64,000 nucleotides of DNA. It comes from Bacteroidota bacterium (GTDB lineage Bacteria > Bacteroidota > Bacteroidia > UKL13-3). Positions 56,734 to 64,000 of the stretch are shown piece by piece (the stretch's first letter is position 1; the number at the start of each line of letters is the position of its first letter). The stretch is taken from assembly GCA_037141455.1 (NCBI GenBank), contig JBAXCN010000002.1:32641-96640 (forward strand). Direction: 5' to 3'. The position numbers and the translations under genes were made by a program. The notes under the pieces are model-generated. The model was given only the letters and a program-made list of their open reading frames with translations. It was not told where the DNA came from and did not search any database.

Positions 56734-59562
56734 TTAAAATGAAGGTGTAATTCCTCTTGGACGATTAAAACTTCTAATGTTATAGGTAAATACCAACATA
56801 AAATAGCGGGTTAAAACTGTAGTTTGTGTATCTTCAATGTAATTGCTATAAACAGTTCGGTTAATGCTATTATTTTGTTTCAATACATCAAAAGTGTTTA
56901 GCATTATTTCGGCAGCATTATTTTTTAAGAATTTATACCCTATTCCCCCATTCCATAAAAAATAATTTAGGTTAAACGAGTTGCCTAATCCTGAGTAATT
57001 GGTGTTTACTATTTCCGACCGAATCACCAATCCTTTCCAAGGCAACACATTTATTTTGGCAGAACTTATTTGGTTAAAATAATTGTTGTTTTGATTGTTG
57101 TTTAAAGTGTTTTCTACCAAATTATAAAAGGCTGTATAGGTAATTGAAAAATCAATATTTTCGCTGATATTACTACCTAAAGCAAAACCCGAAGTAATGG
57201 TATAGTTTTTTGCTAAGTTTATAAGGTTATTAATTTTACTAGGTGTTTGATTATAGTTTGCACCAAAATTTAAATTTAAATTACTTTTTAAAACTTTAAC
57301 AGGAAAGCCAAAAGTAGTAAAACTGCTTATGGCCAAATATCCATTTAAGTTTTCTGATTTATTTAACTGCGTTCCTTTACTTAAAATTATACCTTCAAAG
57401 TTGTTAATACTGTCTCTTGCTAGGAAATTGGCATTGCCAATGTAGTTTTGAATGGCATTTAAATTTAAAAACAAATTGAAAGTTTTCCCTTTATCGGTAT
57501 TTGAAGTATTGTATCTAAAAATTAAATTATGACTGTATTCTTGGTCTAAATTGGAGTTTCCAATGCTTAATATTAATGGATTTGAATTATCTATTACTGT
57601 TTGAAACTGCGCTAGGGAAGGAGTATTGGTATTGGTTCTATAAAAAAAACGCATGTTTTTTTGTTTAGTAAACTGATAGTTAAACATGGCCCCGGGCAAT
57701 AAATTAAAAAATGGTTTTTCTATGGTGTATTCTGTTGGTGTTTTTTGAATCCCCGAAATGGTTAACAATTGTAGGTTGGCTCCCACCATAAACATGGCTT
57801 TGCTATTGAAATTTATTCGGTAGTTAAACCCACTTACATGCTTCATTATGTCAAAATCAATATTGCTCGATAGGGTATTGTTTTTAATGTTGTATTGTTT
57901 GGTAATGCTATCAATATTATTGGTATTTTTATCGGTATAATTGTTCGAAAAGGAAGGCGAATAATTAAACATCAACATTCCATTTTTAGTTATTTGCTCA
58001 GTTAAATTTATACTACCCGAAATGGAATTTGTTTCAGTTACATTATTTGCTCGTTGATTTAGCAAGAAGACAGAATCGTTATTTATAAAATAATTGTTTT
58101 GAGAAATTAGGTTACTTTCATTTGTTTTTGAATTTGCATCGTAACCAATATTAAACGACACTGTTCTCCCAACCTTTAAAAACTTATGGCGGTACAATAA
58201 ATTGGTATTAATGTTATACCCATTATTTTCTGCATTATTGTTGTTATTGGTTCGGTTCAATAACTCGTTGTTAAAAGTGTTTTCACCAAAAATAGTTGAG
58301 GTTGACAAATTGTTTTGAAAACTAATTTTTGGTGTAAAAATAATAGCATTATTCGAATCAAAATTATGTTCTACCCTTACATTTAATCTGTTGTTTAAAT
58401 TAGTGTTTTCGCTATTGGTAGCTTGGTTTAACAGTTGACTAGTTCCACCATTCAGTATATTTATTCGTTGTAAAGTATTGTTGGTATTATTGGTTAATTG
58501 ATTAAAAAAATAACTGCCACTTACAGTTGTTTTTTTATTCCAAACATCGCTATAATTAACCCCAAACGAATTACTAATATTAATACCATTTTGATTGCCA
58601 ACTACAAAATTGTTGTTGTTATTTCCACCACCTCCCCAATTTCCTCCACCTCCCCAATTTCTTCCTCCACCATTTCCACCTCGCCCTTGGTTTTGAGTTG
58701 CAGTAATTCCTAATAAATCTTGCGAGCCGAAGTTTATTTGATTGATATTATTCGATAATCCTAAAATAGTAAACCTTTGTTTGCCATTAAATACATTTAT
58801 GTTTCCACCTGTGGTGTATCTATCATTAGTCCCTAATCCTGCATATAATCGTCCAAATTTACCATTCATTCTTCCAGGTTTAGTAACAATATTTATTGCT
58901 TTTTGGGTATTTCCATCGTTAAATCCGGTAAATACCGATTGGTCAGATTGCCTATCAAAAACTTGTATTTTTTCAATTACCTCGGCAGGTAAATTTTTCA
59001 ATGCCAATGCCACATCATCGCCAAAAAATTCTTTACCGTCCACAGTTATTTTTTGTACCGTTTCACCTTGTGCTTTTACCGTTCCATTTTCTACCACTAT
59101 ACTTGGCATTTTTGTAATTAAATCTTGTGCATTTGCATCAGGATTGGTTTTGAAAGCATTGGCATTAAACTCTGTGGTATCGCCCTTTTGCTGAGAACGA
59201 ATTACTTTTTGTTGTATGGTTATGGTTTTTAATTCTTTGGCATCTTGCAATAAAACCAATGTGCCAATTGAGTTTGAATTTACAGTAATATTAGAGTCTA
59301 TTTTTTCATAACCTATTAATGAAACCCGTAAATTGTAATTACCAATAATTACGTTTTTTATGCCAAAACTACCTTCACTATTTGTTGATGTTATTTTTTT
59401 TTTATTTGAATTTAAAATTTCTGTTAAAACTACCGTTGCCCCAACTATTTTTATTCCTTTTATATCAACCACATTTCCGGTTATATTTTTAATTATTTGT
59501 GCATTAATAAATATACTGTAAAGCATTAAAAATATTAATAAGGTTACTTTTTGTTTTTGCAT
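56734..59562 (-). CDS. Large outer-membrane beta-barrel / TonB-dependent-receptor-like protein with N-terminal carboxypeptidase-regulatory-like domain and Gly/Asn-rich loop
   Basis: Signal peptide, a CarbopepD_reg-like start (ITGNVVD..GATVVL) and a plug-like region. The loop has a GGNGGGRNWGGGGNWGGGG repeat. The C-terminal residue is Phe. Confidence 0.65.
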   Translation of the reverse strand: MQKQKVTLLIFLMLYSIFINAQIIKNITGNVVDIKGIKIVGATVVLTEILNSNKKKITSTNSEGSFGIKNVIIGNYNLRVSLIGYEKIDSNITVNSNSIGTLVLLQDAKELKTITIQQKVIRSQQKGDTTEFNANAFKTNPDANAQDLITKMPSIVVENGTVKAQGETVQKITVDGKEFFGDDVALALKNLPAEVIEKIQVFDRQSDQSVFTGFNDGNTQKAINIVTKPGRMNGKFGRLYAGLGTNDRYTTGGNINVFNGKQRFTILGLSNNINQINFGSQDLLGITATQNQGRGGNGGGRNWGGGGNWGGGGNNNNNFVVGNQNGINISNSFGVNYSDVWNKKTTVSGSYFFNQLTNNTNNTLQRINILNGGTSQLLNQATNSENTNLNNRLNVRVEHNFDSNNAIIFTPKISFQNNLSTSTIFGENTFNNELLNRTNNNNNAENNGYNINTNLLYRHKFLKVGRTVSFNIGYDANSKTNESNLISQNNYFINNDSVFLLNQRANNVTETNSISGSINLTEQITKNGMLMFNYSPSFSNNYTDKNTNNIDSITKQYNIKNNTLSSNIDFDIMKHVSGFNYRINFNSKAMFMVGANLQLLTISGIQKTPTEYTIEKPFFNLLPGAMFNYQFTKQKNMRFFYRTNTNTPSLAQFQTVIDNSNPLILSIGNSNLDQEYSHNLIFRYNTSNTDKGKTFNLFLNLNAIQNYIGNANFLARDSINNFEGIILSKGTQLNKSENLNGYLAISSFTTFGFPVKVLKSNLNLNFGANYNQTPSKINNLINLAKNYTITSGFALGSNISENIDFSITYTAFYNLVENTLNNNQNNNYFNQISSAKINVLPWKGLVIRSEIVNTNYSGLGNSFNLNYFLWNGGIGYKFLKNNAAEIMLNTFDVLKQNNSINRTVYSNYIEDTQTTVLTRYFMLVFTYNIRSFNRPRGITPSF

Positions 59563-59659
59563 TTTTATAAAATTAAAAAAGTTAAGTGTGGTTAAAAATT
59601 TTGATGGTAGTTAATAAATTAATAAAACTATTTATGCTATATTAAAATTATCTATTAGA

Positions 59660-59980
59660 TTGCAAAACAAATCAAAAACAATGTTTAACAATATTAAATT
59701 AAATTTAATTATAAATACTATAGATGTTGAAGGATTTTTTATAAGTAATTATAAACTTATATTTTTCTTAGTTATAATTATTGTTTCAGTTATTAGTATT
59801 TATTCTACTTATTTTAACACCAAAAATATTTGTCCAAAGTGCAAGTCAGTTAAGGATTTATCGAGAATAAAGAAAAATACTATTTTTAATACACTTGGTT
59901 TATCAAACTTTTTTAAAAAGTATGTGTGTGCCAATTGTCACAATAAATTTTATGTATTTGGAAAAGTTTTACCAAAATAA
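59660..59980 (+). CDS. Small membrane-anchored C4 zinc-ribbon protein (paralog 1 of 3)
   Basis: TM helix then CPKC...(22 aa)...CANC. Similar in architecture to 62369..62608 and 62799..63032. The true start may be an internal Met. Confidence 0.45.
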   Translation: MQNKSKTMFNNIKLNLIINTIDVEGFFISNYKLIFFLVIIIVSVISIYSTYFNTKNICPKCKSVKDLSRIKKNTIFNTLGLSNFFKKYVCANCHNKFYVFGKVLPK

Positions 59981-60102
59981 TTTTTAATATTAATCCAAAA
60001 TTTGTTGGTTTAATACCGAAAAAATAGCCGTTTAGTATATCACGCAAGAGGTGATTGGAATAATACAGATACACTTTCGGTATAAAATAAAAAGCCTAAA
60101 AA

Positions 60103-60831
60103 TCATTTCTTTTGTTGCCAAGGTATTTTTACATACTTCATATACCTTACTATAACCGATTGTTTCCTTGTAATATATCTCGAAGGTTTGTTCGCAGTCC
60201 ACCTCCTGGGGTTTGGAAAGCAGGCAACTATTGAGGCAGCTTCTTGTTTGCTCATTTCTTCAGCCGATTTATTATAATAAAATTGAGCAGCAGCTTCAGC
60301 ACCATATATGCCTTTTCCCATTTCTATTATGTTTAAATATACTTCTAAAATTCGTTTTTTATTCCACAAAACTTCTATACTTAAGGTTATATAAAACTCT
60401 AAACCCTTTCTTATCCAACTTCTACTTGGTGTAAAAAATAAGTTTTTAGCTGTTTGCTGGCTTATGGTACTTGCACCTCTCAGTTTTTTTCCACCATTTA
60501 TGCTATTTTCTATAGCTTTATAAATTTGTTCAAAATCAAATCCATAATGTTCAAAAAACTGTAAATCTTCTCCTACAATTGTTGCACGTATCATATTATT
60601 ACCAATATAGTCAATACCCCTCCACGATTTTTTTAAACGTATTTCATCACTTCCACCTATTTGTTCGAACAACCTAACTATATGCAGTGGAGTTATGGGA
60701 ACAGGTAAAACCCTATATAAAATAATTAACATAAAACTATACTGCCAGGTAAGTAAAAACAATTTTAACAACCAAATTCTTAATTTGGTTAATTTGTTTT
60801 TCAATGCTTTTATGTGCTTGTTGTTATTCAA
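60103..60831 (-). CDS. mtgA: Monofunctional biosynthetic peptidoglycan transglycosylase (GT51), MtgA
   Basis: N-terminal TM anchor. GT51 motifs EDxxFxxHxG (VGEDLQFFEHYGFD) and GASTISQQ. Confidence 0.88.
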   Translation of the reverse strand: MNNNKHIKALKNKLTKLRIWLLKLFLLTWQYSFMLIILYRVLPVPITPLHIVRLFEQIGGSDEIRLKKSWRGIDYIGNNMIRATIVGEDLQFFEHYGFDFEQIYKAIENSINGGKKLRGASTISQQTAKNLFFTPSRSWIRKGLEFYITLSIEVLWNKKRILEVYLNIIEMGKGIYGAEAAAQFYYNKSAEEMSKQEAASIVACFPNPRRWTANKPSRYITRKQSVIVRYMKYVKIPWQQKK

Positions 60832-60936
60832 TTTATTTTTACGAGTGCAAGTTTACAAAATGATTATCACTTCTATTTTTGTTTTATATACAAAGCAGTG
60901 TTTATTTGTACTTTTTAAAACAATAAAAAATATAAA

Positions 60937-62259
60937 GTGGTTCAAGCATTTCAAATAAAATTAGCCCTTTTTTTAATACTTTTTGCATTTGCAATTGATT
61001 TGTATAGTTGGCAGGCTATAAGGGCATTAGTTCGAAATAAAAGCAAAATAACGAGAAGAATTTTTGGAATTATTTATTGGAGTATACCTGTATTTGTTCT
61101 TGTTTTTATAATTTCGGGTTTTATTTTTCCAGTTGTAAATAATGGTAAATTTTTAAGAGTTTATTTTTCTGGTTTTTATTTTGTTACCTATTTATCAAAA
61201 CTGGTAGTTTGTTTATTTCTTGTTTTTGATGATTTAAAACGGTTATTAAAAATTACATGGCGTACAATTTTTTCTAAATCAAACCCCAAAAATATTATTG
61301 ACCCAACCCAAGGCGATACTTTAGAACATTTGCACGAAGAAGAAATTGAAGAAAAAGAGAAGATAAGTAGAAGTCAGTTTTTAGCAACAACTGGTTTATT
61401 AGTTGGCTCTATTCCTTTTATAATACTTACTAGAGGAATAATTAAAGGTGCTTACGATTATAGAATTAGAAGAGTTCAGTTGTATTTACCTCATTTGCCT
61501 TCTGGTTTCGAAGGACTAAAATTAGTTCAATTAAGCGATATACATTCAGGAAGTTTTACCAATAGAGATGCCGTTTATAAAGGAATTCAAATGGTTAAAA
61601 ACGAAAATCCTGATTTGATTTTTTTTACTGGTGATATTGTTAACAATAAAACAGATGAACTTTATGATTGGCAAAATATTTTTGCAGAATTAAAAGCGCC
61701 AATGGGTGTATATAGTATTTATGGCAACCACGATTATGGCGATTATGTTCAAAATTGGGAGAGCCCTGAAGCCAAACAAAAAAACTTAGCCGATTTAGCC
61801 TATACACATAAAGCTATGGGCTGGAATTTGTTGAGGAACGAACACTTAACATTATCGAAAAATAACCAAAGAATAGGAATTATTGGGGTTGAAAACTGGG
61901 GAGATAAAGGGAGGTTCCAAAAATTTGGAGATATTGAAAAAGCGACTAAAAATATACCTGATGTTCCTGTAAAACTATTACTCTCTCACGATCCAAGTCA
62001 TTTTGATAGTATTATTAGCAAGCGAAATAAAGATATAGATGTGACCTTCAGTGGGCATACACATGGCTTTCAGTTTGGTGTAGAAATTGGTAATTTTAAA
62101 TGGAGCCCTTCGCAATATATTTATCCTCATTGGGCTGGCTTATACAAAGAAGGCAACCAACAGTTATACGTAAACAGAGGTTTTGGCTTTTTAGGTTACC
62201 CCGGCAGGGTAGGAATATTACCTGAAATTACTGTCTTTACTTTAACAAAGAACAGTTAA
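60937..62259 (+). CDS. Membrane-anchored calcineurin-like metallophosphoesterase
   Basis: N-terminal TM helices then metallophosphatase motifs (DIHSGS, GDIVNN, GNHDYG, GHTH). Confidence 0.8.
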   Translation: MVQAFQIKLALFLILFAFAIDLYSWQAIRALVRNKSKITRRIFGIIYWSIPVFVLVFIISGFIFPVVNNGKFLRVYFSGFYFVTYLSKLVVCLFLVFDDLKRLLKITWRTIFSKSNPKNIIDPTQGDTLEHLHEEEIEEKEKISRSQFLATTGLLVGSIPFIILTRGIIKGAYDYRIRRVQLYLPHLPSGFEGLKLVQLSDIHSGSFTNRDAVYKGIQMVKNENPDLIFFTGDIVNNKTDELYDWQNIFAELKAPMGVYSIYGNHDYGDYVQNWESPEAKQKNLADLAYTHKAMGWNLLRNEHLTLSKNNQRIGIIGVENWGDKGRFQKFGDIEKATKNIPDVPVKLLLSHDPSHFDSIISKRNKDIDVTFSGHTHGFQFGVEIGNFKWSPSQYIYPHWAGLYKEGNQQLYVNRGFGFLGYPGRVGILPEITVFTLTKNS

Positions 62260-62368
62260 TGTGTTAATTTTATTTAAATAAATAATTAGATAAATCAGAA
62301 ATTATATAGGCTTTAATATGTATTTCTCACAATTTTTATTTTAATTTTGTCATAAGAAAATATAACAT

Positions 62369-62608
62369 ATGATTTTAATAATAGCCTCCATTTTTATATT
62401 ATTTTTTTTAATTTACTTATCCCTCAGATTTTATATTATTTTTTTTAATAGCCAAAAAACTAAAACTTGTAAAGATTGTAATTCAAAAGACTCAGAAAGA
62501 GTGTCTAGAAACTCAAATATTAGAAAAATATTTTTTTTAAAAAGTTATTATAAATATTGGTGTAGAAAATGTGGCAATACTTTTTACATTAAAAAATCGA
62601 ACTTATAA
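62369..62608 (+). CDS. Small membrane-anchored C4 zinc-ribbon protein (paralog 2 of 3)
   Basis: TM helix then CKDCNSKDSERVSR...WCRKCGNTFY. About 40% identical to paralog 3. Confidence 0.5.
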   Translation: MILIIASIFILFFLIYLSLRFYIIFFNSQKTKTCKDCNSKDSERVSRNSNIRKIFFLKSYYKYWCRKCGNTFYIKKSNL

Positions 62609-62798
62609 AGCTAATTTAATTTCTAATAAACTATTATATGTAATATTTTATCGAAACTAATTTAAATTTAAATTATGCTTTATTCTAATATTTTACTAAA
62701 AAAAGCATCACAAAATTTTATTGATTATATTTAAAAAATACCAAGAATTTGGTATTTTTTGATTTTATGTGTTAACTAAATTTGTAAAAAATTAGTTA

Positions 62799-63032
62799 AT
62801 GATTTTAAAAATATCAATTATATTCCTCCTACTTTTAATTATTTTTGTTATAGGTAGGCTTTTTGTTTTAAGCAAATTGCAAAAAAACAAGATTTGTAAA
62901 AACTGTTTATCACCCGATAATGAGAGAATTGCACGCGGGGCTTGGATTAAAAAATTCCTTCGTTTAAATCATCTTCAAAAAATTTGGTGCCGCAAATGTG
63001 GGCGTATTTTTTATGTTAGAAACTCAGACTAA
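62799..63032 (+). CDS. Small membrane-anchored C4 zinc-ribbon protein (paralog 3 of 3)
   Basis: TM helix then CKNCLSPDNERIAR...WCRKCGRIFY. Confidence 0.5.
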   Translation: MILKISIIFLLLLIIFVIGRLFVLSKLQKNKICKNCLSPDNERIARGAWIKKFLRLNHLQKIWCRKCGRIFYVRNSD

Positions 63033-63050
63033 TTGCCATATTATTAGCAA

Positions 63051-64000
63051 TTAGTCTATTATAATTTTTATGGTTTTTTCAAAATCAATTCCATTTACTT
63101 TTAAAATATAAATACCCGATTTTAAATTGGATGTATTGATTGGGTTATTGCCTTCGCCAACAGTTTGATATAAAATAGCTTGGCCTTGCAAATTATAAAT
63201 TACAGCCTCAGCGGTTGATTTTAAATTGTTTAACTGCAATGTAATCAATTGCCTCGCTGGATTTGGGAAAACTGAAATTTGTGTTTCTGGCTTTAAAATA
63301 TTTTGAGTACCAACACCATTTTTTACCTTAAGTACAAATAAACCTTCGCTTATATCGCTAGCTATAATATTGCCACTTGGCAAATAAGGCCAAACTCCCC
63401 AACAGCCGTGAAAACCAGTAAAAACTCCATCGGCATTTAAGGTATAAGTATCGTAATAAGCATGTTTTTTTGGATTGTTTGGGTCGGTTAAATCATACAC
63501 ATACACGCCATCTTCATAACTCGAAACCACTGCCATATTATTTTTCCAATAAGCATTATGTGGCAAAGCATTGGGATGCGAGTTAAAATAAACCACTTGT
63601 TTTGGGTTACTAATATCTTTAATATCAAAAATTTTAATGGGCGAACCAAGGTTTTCATCAGTAAACATTATTTTATCGCCTTTTTCGTTTAGCCAACTGC
63701 TGTGGTTGGTGCCACGCTGCGGATAATTATTAATTACACTCAATAGTTTTTGATTACTTAAATTACGCAAATCCATGATGTAAAGTCCTGCTTCGTAACA
63801 CGATAAATAAACAGTATCGTTTCTACTAAACATTTCGTGAACTTGGTTAAACTGCGGGCTACCTAAACCATTTACTGGAACCTGTAAACTTGCTAAAAAA
63901 GTTGGTTGTTCTGGGTTTTCTATCGAAAGTACGTCCAAAGCAGAAAAGCCCATTTTTTTCGAATTTTGACAAATGTATAATCTCTTGCTTGCAGCTTCTA
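63051..64000 (-). CDS. T9SS-secreted protein (beta-propeller/LVIVD-like repeats + T9SS C-terminal sorting domain), N-terminus probably outside window
   Basis: C-terminus ISVFPNPARQLITLQL...SGIYILKVNG is a Por secretion CTD. The reading frame remains open to the window edge upstream of the annotated Met at 63953. Confidence 0.6.
   Translation of the reverse strand, partial: EAASKRLYICQNSKKMGFSALDVLSIENPEQPTFLASLQVPVNGLGSPQFNQVHEMFSRNDTVYLSCYEAGLYIMDLRNLSNQKLLSVINNYPQRGTNHSSWLNEKGDKIMFTDENLGSPIKIFDIKDISNPKQVVYFNSHPNALPHNAYWKNNMAVVSSYEDGVYVYDLTDPNNPKKHAYYDTYTLNADGVFTGFHGCWGVWPYLPSGNIIASDISEGLFVLKVKNGVGTQNILKPETQISVFPNPARQLITLQLNNLKSTAEAVIYNLQGQAILYQTVGEGNNPINTSNLKSGIYILKVNGIDFEKTIKIIID

Noticed and set aside
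1-64000. Search for tRNA, rRNA and CRISPR arrays, and for integrase or transposase genes
   Set aside because: I saw no cloverleaf-like GC-rich 75-90-nt segments, no regularly spaced direct repeats with unique spacers, and no recombinase motifs. I cannot run tRNAscan or CRISPR finders, so absence is by eye only.

Overview
This is AT-rich (about 30% GC) chromosomal DNA that looks like Bacteroidota (Flavobacteriia or Sphingobacteriia-like). The basis is three secreted proteins with T9SS C-terminal sorting domains, a PorX-type response regulator, and the HD-domain gene upstream of lpxD.

The window opens on the distal half of the dcw cell-division cluster (murD 3' end, ftsW, murG, murC, ftsQ, ftsA, ftsZ). 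After that come housekeeping genes: tadA, pyruvate carboxylase, an MscS channel, glutamate dehydrogenase, anmK, mutS2, lpxD, pdxA, rpe, ldcA, plsY, clpS, scoA and mtgA.

Accessory content:
- A roughly 2.8 kb segment at 22.7-25.6 kb, flanked by about 88 bp direct repeats and filled with MITE-like structured repeats, carrying a ParE/RelE-type toxin-antitoxin pair and two tandem lipoproteins.
- A 5'-truncated, stop-riddled phaB-like reductase pseudogene downstream of ftsZ.
- In-frame palindromic or tandem micro-repeat insertions inside murG and murC.
- A P450-acyltransferase-desaturase trio.
- A T9SS cargo protein with three near-identical N-terminal repeats plus a PhoX-like domain.
- A T9SS-secreted endonuclease I.
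- Three paralogous membrane-anchored zinc-ribbon mini-proteins around mtgA.
- Several other GC-rich palindromic or MITE-like intergenic elements.

I found no tRNA, rRNA, CRISPR array, integrase or transposase. I see no single obvious large novel system; the 22.7-25.6 kb inserted segment and the zinc-ribbon trio are the most unusual loci.
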